A DNA stretch of 64,000 nt, taken from the IMG/VR virus record IMGVR_UViG_3300011193_000001. One strand, written 5' to 3'. Both the position numbers and the translations under genes were made by a program. Source of the DNA: a virus. Below the pieces are notes generated by a model, which was given only the letters and a program-made list of their open reading frames with translations, was not told where the DNA came from and did not search any database. This document shows positions 8,327-17,157 of this stretch, in pieces. Every line of letters begins with the position of its first letter. The stretch's first letter is position 1.

Positions 8327-8758
8327 TCAGGTCGCAAGACGAAGCACTACCTGCACCGCGGCCACGCCCGTCGCGGCAAGCCAAAGCATCCACGGCCGCA
8401 CCGTATCCTCACGCCGCTGCGTCGCCGTCGTCGTCGCGGTCTGCGAAGTCACGTAATTCGCGAGCGGCACAATCTGCGCCTCAAGCTTCGCAACGATGCT
8501 CGCAATCTCCTCGCGGCTCGGATACTCCGCCCGCTCATCCCGCAACTGGCCGAGCAGCCCGTTATGCGCCTCCTCGCGATCCGCGGTCGCCTCGCGCGCC
8601 AACCGCAACGCCTCGGCATCCGCAAGCTCCTTGATCTTCAATGCCTTCTCGCGCTCGGCCGCGACCTCCGTGTACCGCCGGTCCCGCTCGGCCGCGAGGG
8701 CTGCGTCAGCCGCGAGCTGAGCCTCGTACAAGCGTTCGTCGACCGTGCGCCGCCGCAC
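8327..8758 (-). CDS. coiled-coil protein with C-terminal transmembrane segment
   Basis: Ala/Glu/Arg-rich heptad-like stretch, then WMLWLAATGVAAVQVVL. Confidence 0.55.
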   Translation of the reverse strand: MRRRTVDERLYEAQLAADAALAAERDRRYTEVAAEREKALKIKELADAEALRLAREATADREEAHNGLLGQLRDERAEYPSREEIASIVAKLEAQIVPLANYVTSQTATTTATQRREDTVRPWMLWLAATGVAAVQVVLRLAT

Positions 8759-8761
8759 GGT

Positions 8762-9085
8762 TCACCGCGAGGCTTCCAGCGCGGCCAGCCGTGCTCGCAG
8801 GTCCTCGTACCGCATGCCCAACCAGCCGAACAGGATCCACAACGACACGACGAATGCCGCGAGCAGCGCCACCCCGAGCCCGGCCAAGAACGGCACGATC
8901 ACAGCGGCGAGCGCCACGGCCCAGCCGATCGGCGGATGCCAGCCGCGCCGCTCAATCATCACGCCGACCCAGAACGCGAGCGCGCACGGCAACGCGAGGC
9001 CCGGGGTGAACACGGCCAGATGAAAAAAGTCCAGGCCGCCCGCGAGCCCCTCAGGCATCGCCGTCAACTTGTCCGCATGCCTCAC
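8762..9085 (-). CDS. multi-pass membrane protein, 107 aa
   Basis: several hydrophobic spans; GTGA overlap at 9082-9085. Confidence 0.5.
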   Translation of the reverse strand: MRHADKLTAMPEGLAGGLDFFHLAVFTPGLALPCALAFWVGVMIERRGWHPPIGWAVALAAVIVPFLAGLGVALLAAFVVSLWILFGWLGMRYEDLRARLAALEASR

Positions 9086-9600
9086 GGCGACGATCCCTCC
9101 TGCTGCTCACTCGGGCCGCGCTGCTTCACGCTCTGCGGATCGCGAGCGAGCTGCTCACAATCAGGAAACCGGATGAGCGCGCCCGCACGCCGCAACTGGT
9201 GATACAGCCGCGCGATCCTCGCGCGGACATCAGGCGGCGACAACCGGATGACCTGGTCTATGACGACGACCGTCAGCCGCCGGTTTAGCCGCGACGCCTT
9301 CGACGCACCCGTTCGGCTGGCGCCGGCGCCGGCCTGCTGCGCGAAGTTGACGAGCAGCGTGCATGCCGTCTCGACGCCCTTCGTCGCCTTCTCGGCCGCC
9401 TCGTTCGCCTTCAGCGCGAGCGCCCGGTTGCTGGCGCTCAGGGCGCGCTGCTCGCCCTGCCGCTGGGAGTTCTCGCGGTAGAAGTAGTAGGACGACGCGC
9501 ACCCGAGCACGACGAGCACGACCATCAGCCGCAGCGTCCACTGGCCGCGGCGCAAGATCCGCAGCACAGCGTCATCCGTGCCCTCGCGGTGGTCAGACAC
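9082..9600 (-). CDS. membrane-anchored coiled-coil protein
   Basis: GTG at 9600 beside upstream stop (9593); WTLRLMVVLVVLGCASSYYFY span. Confidence 0.5.
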   Translation of the reverse strand: MSDHREGTDDAVLRILRRGQWTLRLMVVLVVLGCASSYYFYRENSQRQGEQRALSASNRALALKANEAAEKATKGVETACTLLVNFAQQAGAGASRTGASKASRLNRRLTVVVIDQVIRLSPPDVRARIARLYHQLRRAGALIRFPDCEQLARDPQSVKQRGPSEQQEGSSP

Positions 9601-9772
9601 GACGCCGCCTGGCCCGCTCGTCATACACCGCGACCGCGAGCACAAGCGCGAACCATCCCGGCGCCAGCGTGTCAGCCGTCGCGCGGTCAGCGAGATACAG
9701 GGTGCCGAACGACGCGACCATCCACACCCGCCAAGCGTCGCACAGCAGCACGAGGACCATCCCGAGCGTCAC
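9593..9772 (-). CDS. small membrane protein, 59 aa
   Basis: GTGA overlap at 9769-9772; two hydrophobic spans. Confidence 0.4.
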   Translation of the reverse strand: MTLGMVLVLLCDAWRVWMVASFGTLYLADRATADTLAPGWFALVLAVAVYDERARRRRV

Positions 9773-10005
9773 GGGTCGCCCCCCGAGTCGTCGCGCTCGC
9801 CACGCCTGCCAAGCGCACGCCGCGCCTCGTACACCGTCCGTTCCGCCCCACCGCCGAGCAGGATCATGGCCCCGGCTATCGCGAGGATCGCGGTCGGCTC
9901 GTCCTTCGTGATCCGCCACAGGACGAGGCTCGCGATCAGCACGGCGATCCCTACTACCTGGATCACCCATGCCGGCAGGAACCGATCTGACCGCTTGTCG
10001 CGCAC
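9769..10005 (-). CDS. two-TM membrane protein, 78 aa
   Basis: GTG at 10005 directly after the TGA at 10006; high GC3. Confidence 0.55.
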   Translation of the reverse strand: MRDKRSDRFLPAWVIQVVGIAVLIASLVLWRITKDEPTAILAIAGAMILLGGGAERTVYEARRALGRRGERDDSGGDP

Positions 10006-10312
10006 TCATCCGTCGCTCTCTACCCGGCAAGACGACGGTTCGCGCATGCCGTGAAGCGTAGACGCTGCGGGTGACAACGCGGCCACAGCGGCCACAGCGC
10101 ATGGCCGCGCGGCCAGCAACGACAACGACCGCCCCGGAAGGGACGGCCGCGCGCTCAAGGTCTTCTCTCCGAAGATGCCGCGCTGTGATGAGCAGACCTC
10201 GTAGCCGTTCACCTTGGGCGATGGCCTCCGCTTCGAGCAGGGGCATCGCGGTTTCGCCCTCCCGATAGGCCGCGAGCATGCAGCCGTTGAGCATCGGGTC
10301 GTGCGGTGTCAC
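10006..10312 (-). CDS. uncertain ORF(s); coding signal appears to change frame
   Basis: the 239-aa ORF frame looks coding at 10312-10200, while the 68-aa frame has better GC3 at 10200-10006 and stops just before the next start. Confidence 0.3.
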
Positions 10313-10462
10313 GACGGGTCCCAGAGTGACCAGAACATAGTGACCGGCGTCAGCGTCGAGCCGCCCGGAGGCGTGCCAGCGCTTCGAGCTCTGCTGTGAT
10401 GTCTACGGGCCGCGGCCGGCAGTAGTCGCCCGTGCCGCGAAACCTCGCAAGGCCGGAAAGCA

Positions 10463-10488
10463 CTAGGCCCGCCTTTCGACGGGCCTAG
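10463..10488 (-). terminator. stem-loop after the operon ending at 10503
   Basis: CTAGGCCCG-8 nt-CGGGCCTAG perfect 9-bp stem, 15 nt past the stop; no U-run. Confidence 0.5.
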
Positions 10489-10502
10489 CGGCGCTCAGCC
10501 CG

Positions 10503-10901
10503 CTACCCCTCTACCGGGGGCCGACCGAGCAATGCGGCCATCCTAGCGCGATCCTCAACCTGCGACCTCGACGCGCCCGCGAGCCGCATAGCCGACCGCG
10601 CCGACGCCTCAGCGGCCTCCCGCGTCAGCGACGCCACGCTCCACAGCCACCGGGGGCCACCCCACTCATGCGCCGCCGGGTGCCGAACCACGAAACCCCG
10701 GATGCCGGCCGGATCAACGCCAACCCAACTCCCGAGGTTACATTCCCCCGCGCAGATGTCGCTGAGTTGCCGAACCGCTACCGGTGGGCTCGGTAGCTCG
10801 TCGAAGTCGCCCGCCTCAGCACAGAGAAGCAGCCCTAGGAGTTCCGCCTGCTTGTCGGTAAGCCCTGCGCGCTTCCTGGTTGCCTCACGTGACGGCGGCA
10901 T
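10503..10901 (-). CDS. hypothetical protein, 132 aa
   Basis: ORF track. Confidence 0.55.
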   Translation of the reverse strand: MPPSREATRKRAGLTDKQAELLGLLLCAEAGDFDELPSPPVAVRQLSDICAGECNLGSWVGVDPAGIRGFVVRHPAAHEWGGPRWLWSVASLTREAAEASARSAMRLAGASRSQVEDRARMAALLGRPPVEG

Positions 10902-10907
10902 CAGTTG

Positions 10908-11201
10908 TCACGCCGCGTCCGTGGCGCGGCCCATGACCGCCTCGGCGAACACCTCCAGGTCCCTCGGATCCCACGCCGGATGACCCGGCTTCCCGCCCTC
11001 CGTCACCAACCGCCGCGGCGGCGGAAACCGCTGGCCAAGCACAAGCTCGCCGCGCATCGCAGCATTCCACCACCGATACAGCGTGTTGCGATCCAGCAAC
11101 GGCCTGCCCATCCACTCGCGCAACAGCTCCGTTGCGCGGCCCTGATTCACGAGCTCGGGCAGTTGTTCCGTGCGCCACTGCTCAGATGCCTCGACGGCCA
11201 T
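10908..11201 (-). CDS. helix-turn-helix DNA-binding protein (excisionase-like)
   Basis: segment RPLLDRNTLYRWW resembles the HTH_17/Xis type; weak. Confidence 0.4.
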   Translation of the reverse strand: MAVEASEQWRTEQLPELVNQGRATELLREWMGRPLLDRNTLYRWWNAAMRGELVLGQRFPPPRRLVTEGGKPGHPAWDPRDLEVFAEAVMGRATDAA

Positions 11202-11204
11202 GAT

Positions 11205-11324
11205 CTACGCCGCCAGCCGCGCGTACAGCACGGCCTCGCGCTCATGCCGCGCACGTAGCCGCGCAATGAACGCCTCGTCAAGCCGCGCCGTCTCAATCGC
11301 CGCAGCGATCTGCTCATCAGTCAT
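11205..11324 (-). CDS. small ORF, 39 aa
   Basis: ATG at 11324 preceded by GGGAG; below track cutoff. Confidence 0.35.
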   Translation of the reverse strand: MTDEQIAAAIETARLDEAFIARLRARHEREAVLYARLAA

Positions 11325-11353
11325 GGTCGCTCCCATCGGTTCATCCCATCATG

Positions 11354-11770
11354 CTAGCTTTCGCCGCGGCGGATGGCGAGCAGGACAGCCGCGAACCTAG
11401 CGTCCCGCGCCTCCGCAGTCTCCAGATAGTCGGCCGCGGCCCGCAGCCACTCCGGCGTCATCCAGTCCTTCAAACCCGTGTTGCACGGGAACGCGCAGAG
11501 CAGGCCGCGGCGGATCCCGTCGCCCTCATGCGCGTGGTCGCGGTCCAGCTTGCGCGACTTCGGCGGTGCTCCGCAGATGCCGCAGACCTCCCCGAACTCC
11601 GCAACCCACATCGTGTAGTCGAAGTCATCCAGCGCGGCCATGTGCGCCGGCGCCTTCGACGGCGGCCGGCGCTTCCCGCACGCCCGGCAGATCTGGTATC
11701 GCCGCGCGTTCACATGCCGGCACTTCACGCCGCCCGTCTGACGCTGGCAGGTCCAGGTGCGCTCAGCCAT
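11354..11770 (-). CDS. recombination endonuclease VII family protein
   Basis: CGICG..KLDRDHAHEGDGIRRGLLCAFPCN matches the T4 endo VII zinc/H-N-H core. Confidence 0.75.
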   Translation of the reverse strand: MAERTWTCQRQTGGVKCRHVNARRYQICRACGKRRPPSKAPAHMAALDDFDYTMWVAEFGEVCGICGAPPKSRKLDRDHAHEGDGIRRGLLCAFPCNTGLKDWMTPEWLRAAADYLETAEARDARFAAVLLAIRRGES

Positions 11771-12317
11771 GAGTAGATACGCCGCCGGGGGTTATGTAGT
11801 GCGTCGGGCACGGTGCACGGCCGCCGCCACAGCACCGGCCGGTCAGCGCGTCGTACTGGCGCAGCGCGCCCATGCCCCGCTCGTAGGCGTTCTTCGCGTT
11901 GTCGGCGCTGACGTGCGGCGGTGAGCCGGGCGTGCCCTCGTCGAGTTTGCGAAAGGCGGTCGTGACCCAGCCCAGGGTGCTGGTCGTGGCGCGCGGTGCC
12001 TCCACGATGGCGTCGCGCGCTGCGACCTCAGCCTCCAGCGCCTCGTAGTCGACCGCGAGCACGGCCGTGTGCACGGCTGGTTGCGGCGGGCCGTCCGGCG
12101 GCGCAGGCTCAAGCGGGTCGCCTGGCGCCGGGTAGCCGCAAGGGTCCTGCACGATGAGCCCGCGCAGATCCGCGGCCCGTCGTCCGTACTGCGACGAGCC
12201 GGAGCACCGTGGCGACTGGCAAACCTCGCACGCCGCGCACCCATCGCAGTACCAGCCGCCCTCCCGCCAGTGCCGCGGATCGATGTCGCCGCTGACGAGG
12301 TAGCGCCGCGCCGCCAT
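11763..12317 (-). CDS. Cys-rich hypothetical protein, 184 aa
   Basis: ATG at 12317 (MAARRYLVSG..); high GC3 from there on; the upstream part of the 225-aa ORF is filler. Confidence 0.5.
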   Translation of the reverse strand: MAARRYLVSGDIDPRHWREGGWYCDGCAACEVCQSPRCSGSSQYGRRAADLRGLIVQDPCGYPAPGDPLEPAPPDGPPQPAVHTAVLAVDYEALEAEVAARDAIVEAPRATTSTLGWVTTAFRKLDEGTPGSPPHVSADNAKNAYERGMGALRQYDALTGRCCGGGRAPCPTHYITPGGVSTHG

Positions 12318-12319
12318 CA

Positions 12320-12868
12320 GCCGCGGAAGCGGCGAGCACCGCGGCCACGATGACCGCCCACACCTCCCGGCTGTAACGGCCCCGGAACCCTTTCGGCGGG
12401 TTCGCTTCAAGGGCCGCCGCGATCCGGTCGCGGCGATCAACGGGCGCCGTCATGCCGCACCGCCGAAGAGTGCGCGCTGACGAGCCCGGTTGTCCCTGCG
12501 CCGGCGAAACGGATCGAGCACGGTTCCTGCGGTCGGGTCGGCGTCGTGGTCGCAGGACGGCTCGAAGCCGATCGTGCGGGCGATCCGCGCGGACCGAAGA
12601 ACAACCTCGGCCAGCGCGGCACCGTTCGCGCGGTCGGACGGCTTACGGCGAAGGTGGTCCGCGAGCGACTCGGGCGTCTGCGCCTCGCGGATCGCGTCGG
12701 CATCGTAGAAGTAGCGAGCCTGCTTGCTCAACAGGAACACCTGCTCATGCGCCTTCGTCGGCCGGTCCGTCACGCTCTCGGGCATTGGGTTCGGCTTACT
12801 CCAGATGATCTCGCTGAGCAAAGGCGACCATCCACGGGATGCCCCGTCAGGTCCTTCGGCTTCAGGTC
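12320..12868 (-). pseudogene. N4/N6 DNA methyltransferase remnant, 5'-truncated and frame-broken
   Basis: LKPKDLTG, GIPWMVAFA, IIWSKPNPMPESVTDRPTKAHEQVFLLSK and GTVLDPF / AGAGTTGLV lie in different frames; no DPPY segment. Confidence 0.65.
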
Positions 12869-13447
12869 GGCGCTCAGGCCGCGCTTCGGCGGCGTGATCT
12901 GCGCGCGAGACGCCGGCCGCGACCGCACTGCGAACGTCATTCCGAGCCCGCTCGCCGCTACAGCCGCGGCGCACTCCTCACCGAACGCCATCAGCAGCGA
13001 CGGAGCCCCAGCGTTCCCGTTCGTGCGGCCCTCGGCCACCGATGCGGAGTCGGCAGGTACGAACGTCAGCCGCCCGGCCAGGAAGCAGAGCGCGTGCGCG
13101 GTCTGCGCGACCTCGTGAAACCACGCGGTGTCCGTGCGAGCGAAGACGAGCGCGATGCCATCGCCATGCGCGGCCAAACGGCGGACCCATGCGGATGTCG
13201 CGGAGCCGTATGGCGGGTTGAGATACACGCGGCCCTCCCACGGCAGCACGAGCCCGTCGTCGGGTAGCGAGTAGCGCCGCGCCGCCGGGATCCAGTCCGC
13301 GGCGGGTGGCGGTGGCGCGCACGGGTCCAGATCGAAGGTGAGCCCGAGCGCGTCGAAGACGGCCGGCGGCGTGTACCACTCGTCCGACGCGCCGACCGCG
13401 GCGTGATGTCCTCCCATGCCGCGACGCGCGCCGCGCAGATCCTTCAC
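12770..13447 (-). CDS. phage Dam-type N6-adenine DNA methyltransferase; ORF tail runs into the remnant
   Basis: DEWYTPP..FDLDPCA..VYLNPPYGS..GRLTF pattern of the phage N6A methylase family. Confidence 0.75.
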   Translation of the reverse strand: MKDLRGARRGMGGHHAAVGASDEWYTPPAVFDALGLTFDLDPCAPPPPAADWIPAARRYSLPDDGLVLPWEGRVYLNPPYGSATSAWVRRLAAHGDGIALVFARTDTAWFHEVAQTAHALCFLAGRLTFVPADSASVAEGRTNGNAGAPSLLMAFGEECAAAVAASGLGMTFAVRSRPASRAQITPPKRGLSADLKPKDLTGHPVDGRLCSARSSGVSRTQCPRA

Positions 13448-13716
13448 GACGACCCGCCTTCCGCGCGCACCATCGCCGTAACCGGATCAGCCGCCCACCA
13501 CTCAGCGATGCCGTCAGGTGCGAACGCCGCCCAGCCGTCACGCTCGCGGCCAACATGCGCTCGCCGGATCGTCCAGCCGTTCGCCGACACCCAGCCCTGC
13601 CCCTCCCGCGTCCAGTCGCAGGCCGCTCGCAACGTCCGCGGGTCCGTTGTCGCGCGGCAGATCAGCGGCAGCGTGCCCGCGGGCTGCTTAAGGCGTAGGG
13701 CGAGCTGCACTGTCAT
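13444..13716 (-). CDS. hypothetical protein, 90 aa
   Basis: ORF track; ATGA coupling. Confidence 0.5.
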   Translation of the reverse strand: MTVQLALRLKQPAGTLPLICRATTDPRTLRAACDWTREGQGWVSANGWTIRRAHVGRERDGWAAFAPDGIAEWWAADPVTAMVRAEGGSS

Positions 13717-14309
13717 GCCGCGCTCTCAGGCATCTCGGCCGTCCCGAGCGACTCGTCGCCCCAGTAGTCGCCCTTGGAGCGCATCCATGCAGCTACTCGC
13801 TCCAGTTCGCTCGGGCTGGCGTCGCGCTTTAGGTTGTTGCAGCGCCAACACAGGAACGCGATGTTCTCCACGACGTAGCCGCGCGCTGGCACAATCCGGT
13901 CTGTGCTCGGCGACAACGGGCAGAATTGCCCCGGCGATGTTGTCGGGATCCTGAAGACGCGACCGCAGCATTCGCACGCAGGCGAGGCCCGCAGCCGGGC
14001 CTCGACCCACAAGCTAGTGATCGTGTCGCGGTCGAAGGGGAGGCCGTTGTCATCCGCCCGCTGGCGCATCCCCGATCTGAGTTGTTGCGCCGCCACCTTG
14101 ACCGGGTCGCGAACACGGCGCTTTGCTTCACGGCGGTTGTGTACCTCCATCGGCTCCGCTCTCCGGTCAGCGTTGAGCCTATCCCGATTGCGCGCCTTCC
14201 AGGATCCTTGGGCGCATTTCTTCCCGCAGAACCGCCGCTTTGGGCCGAAGTCATTTGGCGGCAGTGGACCGCCGCAGTGTTCGCAATCAGGCGTCGATTC
14301 CACGCACAC
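13713..14309 (-). CDS. HNH endonuclease-family protein
   Basis: C-terminus SPSTDRIVPARGYVVENIAFLCWRCNNLKRD; N-terminal CxxC pairs. Confidence 0.6.
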   Translation of the reverse strand: MCVESTPDCEHCGGPLPPNDFGPKRRFCGKKCAQGSWKARNRDRLNADRRAEPMEVHNRREAKRRVRDPVKVAAQQLRSGMRQRADDNGLPFDRDTITSLWVEARLRASPACECCGRVFRIPTTSPGQFCPLSPSTDRIVPARGYVVENIAFLCWRCNNLKRDASPSELERVAAWMRSKGDYWGDESLGTAEMPESAA

Positions 14310-14883
14310 TCACCCCCGGAGTACTCAGTGCTTCGTCCCCGAGATACGACCATCCAAACCGGGCGCGTCTCGCAAACAGCTCCACGTACGGGCCGGGACT
14401 GACCTGCTCAACGATGTCGAGGAACGCCTCCGGCTTGGCGCTGTGACCGCCGCGCGGCCACAGCCACCACGTCGAGTCCGCGCGAGCGTTGCGGATGTCG
14501 CGGCCACGACGGGCAAACAGAATGTGCTCGGTTGTCTGTGAGAACGCGCCACCGGGGCCGAGGCCCATCGGCGCCTTCGCCCACGTCAGCAACGCGGCGG
14601 GCGTGAACCCCCAGGCGCGAGCGATGGCGTAGGTCTCCTCGACGTAGCGGTTGATCGTCCAGACGTAGAGATGAGCGTCTGTCGCAGCCAGATCACGGAC
14701 CGGCAGCGCCGCAATGGTGTCGACGCTCATCGTCCGGTAGGGCAGCGTCACGCTCCGCAGCCCAGTCCGGGTGCCAAAGGCTTTGGCACCCGGACTCTCA
14801 AGCCGCTTTACGTCCCAGGGTGGGTCCGCGACGATCGTGCGGTAGCGGTCCATGCCGCGAAACATAGCAGCGGGCGCCGACAC
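14287..14883 (-). CDS. MT-A70-family N6-adenine methyltransferase
   Basis: IVADPPW catalytic motif, HSAKPEAF, about 200 aa. Confidence 0.8.
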   Translation of the reverse strand: MSAPAAMFRGMDRYRTIVADPPWDVKRLESPGAKAFGTRTGLRSVTLPYRTMSVDTIAALPVRDLAATDAHLYVWTINRYVEETYAIARAWGFTPAALLTWAKAPMGLGPGGAFSQTTEHILFARRGRDIRNARADSTWWLWPRGGHSAKPEAFLDIVEQVSPGPYVELFARRARFGWSYLGDEALSTPGVSVRGIDA

Positions 14884-15369
14884 CTAGAACGCCTCCCCAT
14901 CAGCCCCGGCAAAATCCCGGCCGCGCGCCGGCTCCACGGCATCGGCCATGGGCCGCCACAGCCGCACGAGCGCCGTCCCGTCATCCACATACTCCCCATC
15001 CGGCAGCGGCGTGTCCCCAAGCGCCCACAGCCGCAGCAACGCCACCCCGGCCGGAACGGACACCGGGAGATCCCCGAAGCCGTGCGCCCGATTCAAGCGG
15101 CGCGCCTCCCGCACGAACAGCGCCTCAAGATCGGTCGCGTACCAGCGCAACAGGTTGACCTCACCCGACAGCCGCGCGACGACCTCTTGCGCCGTCAGCT
15201 CGCCGCGCAGGCTGCGAGCCATCTCCTGCTCCGCGCCGCGGCCACGCCACCCGCCCGGCACCGTCGCCAACTCCCTCTTCCACGCATCCCTACGTTCCGC
15301 CGCGGCCCTCCTCTCGGCACCCTCAGCCTGCCACCGCTCCCACTCCTCATCGCTGACATACAGACTCAC
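14884..15369 (-). CDS. hypothetical protein, 161 aa
   Basis: GTGA overlap at 15366-15369. Confidence 0.5.
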   Translation of the reverse strand: MSLYVSDEEWERWQAEGAERRAAAERRDAWKRELATVPGGWRGRGAEQEMARSLRGELTAQEVVARLSGEVNLLRWYATDLEALFVREARRLNRAHGFGDLPVSVPAGVALLRLWALGDTPLPDGEYVDDGTALVRLWRPMADAVEPARGRDFAGADGEAF

Positions 15370-15647
15370 AACGTCAACCCCAGCTGGAACGCCTCTTCGC
15401 TCTCCGGCGACCTCGCGCACTGCACGCACAACCCGCCCTTCAACGTGCACGCCAGCACAAGTTTGCCGTGCTTCGCATGATGCGCGTCCGCGCGGTTGTC
15501 GACCAGCCGGTTCCCGCAATGCCCCGCCGAGCAGTTCTTGCCCTGGCAGACCCGCCGGTCAACGCAAGCCGCCGACATGCGCGCCGGCCGCGGCTCGCCG
15601 CAACCGCACGGGTCGAAGGTTGCAGACGTGCCCCAGGCTAACGTCAT
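15366..15647 (-). CDS. Cys-rich hypothetical protein, 93 aa
   Basis: ORF track. Confidence 0.5.
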   Translation of the reverse strand: MTLAWGTSATFDPCGCGEPRPARMSAACVDRRVCQGKNCSAGHCGNRLVDNRADAHHAKHGKLVLACTLKGGLCVQCARSPESEEAFQLGLTL

Positions 15648-15746
15648 CGCGCCCCAGCCGAATCCACGGCGCAGCCATCCGCGATCACGACGCTCTCCGC
15701 ACCGGAGCCATCAGACCACATCCACACCGGCAGAGCGAAGACGCGG

Positions 15747-16235
15747 TCACGGCGTCCATCCTTTCGGCGCGCGGCTGACCCACTCGCGAAACTTGTCCTC
15801 CGTGCGGAACAGCAACTCCCAATCGTCGTGCACCTTGACCGACCCGTTCCGTCGCGTCGTACGGAAGGCGTCGTACGCAATCCCCGCGATCCCCCGGCGA
15901 ATCCACACGACACGCTCATCCGCCGTCGCCCCGAACCGCGTTCCCGTCAGGAACCTCTCGGCTTGCCAGAACCTCTCGGGCGTCCATTGACAGCGCGAGT
16001 GGCGACAGAGTGTGCGCCACTCGCGGAACAGCGCCTCGCCGACCTGCCACATCGGATGCTCCCGTGCCTCGGCGTCCTTGTCGCGCTTGAGTTCCGCATA
16101 CCTAACCGCCCAGCCGCGGATGTCGCGCTCAAGCCCGGCGATCTCGTCGTTCTTGCGTTTGCAGTGCTCGCAGTCGGTCTTGTGGACTTCGCCGTTGTCG
16201 TCGAACTCGACGACCTTGAGATGTGGTGCGCTCAT
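15747..16235 (-). CDS. hypothetical protein, 162 aa
   Basis: ATG at 16235 (MSAPHLKVVEF..); upstream part of the 230-aa ORF lies in a low-G+C non-coding tract. Confidence 0.55.
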   Translation of the reverse strand: MSAPHLKVVEFDDNGEVHKTDCEHCKRKNDEIAGLERDIRGWAVRYAELKRDKDAEAREHPMWQVGEALFREWRTLCRHSRCQWTPERFWQAERFLTGTRFGATADERVVWIRRGIAGIAYDAFRTTRRNGSVKVHDDWELLFRTEDKFREWVSRAPKGWTP

Positions 16236-16593
16236 CGATCCATGCCTCGTCCGCTCCTCGGTTGCGCCTTCGTTACTCGCGCTCGCGCGCCCTAGTCTTC
16301 TACCTCTCAAACTGCTTTCTCTAAGGACTGAATGCTCACGTTGCTGGACTCTCAACGTCTGTTGAGGGCACAACGTGGCAAGCCCTCGGGAGGAACTGGC
16401 CCTCTCCGAAAACTGTTCGGATCGGCCGATCACGCTCAACGCCGCCGCGCGGGTCGCCCGCTGTGCCGGGGTACTCGCTCTACGCGTTTCATTGCGCTAC
16501 TGGTGCCCTTCCGCCTCCTCACGTGTCGGGTGGCGGACCGCTGGCTGGCCCTTGCTTTCCGGCTGGGGGGCCTGTGCCGGGGTCGGTTGTGAA
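16236..16593 (-). promoter_or_regulatory. 358-bp lower-G+C intergenic region, probable operon control region
   Basis: no convincing ORF; CTGTGCCGGGGT twice (16460-16471 and 16570-16581); small hairpins CTCAAC-GTCT-GTTGAG and GAGGGC..GCCCTC. Confidence 0.4.
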
Positions 16594-17079
16594 TCAGCGC
16601 ATCCGTGCCTCTCGCTTGACCGCTGTCGCTGCGAACCAAAGGTCTGTGCCGTGATCGCGTTCGTGTGCGTGCACGTCGGCGTGATGGCGCCGGCATAGGG
16701 GCTGTAGGTCGGCCAGGTACTCGCGGCCGAGTCGCACGTAGGTCCGGTGATGCAGCACGACGGGGCGAGCGCCGCAGATCCAGCAGCCCTTCGGCAGTCC
16801 TGACGCGAAGTAGCGCCGTCGCACCTTCTGCCAGTGCGGTGAGCGCAGATAGTCGGCGTAGGTTGCGTGTCCGAGCTTTCGCAGGCGCTCGTGAAAGAAT
16901 CGTGCGCTGGCCCGCTTGTCGTCGCCGGACACGAGGAGGATTGCGGACACCATGTGTGGTTTGCCGTCCTCGTCGAGAACGAGCGCGCGATCGCCGTTGC
17001 GCTCGACGAACTCGTACTCGTGGCCGTCGCGGTGGAATATGCGCTGTTCCTGCAGGCGCTTGCGCTCTGCCTTCGTCAT
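16594..17079 (-). CDS. HNH-like zinc-finger nuclease-family protein
   Basis: SPHWQKVRRRYF..CWICG..VLHHRTYVRLGREYLADLQPLCRRHHADVH. Confidence 0.5.
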   Translation of the reverse strand: MTKAERKRLQEQRIFHRDGHEYEFVERNGDRALVLDEDGKPHMVSAILLVSGDDKRASARFFHERLRKLGHATYADYLRSPHWQKVRRRYFASGLPKGCWICGARPVVLHHRTYVRLGREYLADLQPLCRRHHADVHAHERDHGTDLWFAATAVKREARMR

Positions 17080-17157
17080 GGCGCGATGGCGGGGAGGCTC
17101 ACGCGTGCGGGCGCGGTGTGGCGCTGATGTCTTGCCGGAACGCCCAGTCGACGGGGT

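Noticed and set aside
12109-12453. A 114-aa ORF starting MTAPVDRRDRIAAALEAN.., which looked like a separate gene.
   Set aside because: The N-terminus more likely represents the old C-terminus of the decayed N4/N6 methylase. The rest is Arg-rich filler overlapping the better-supported gene 11763..12317.
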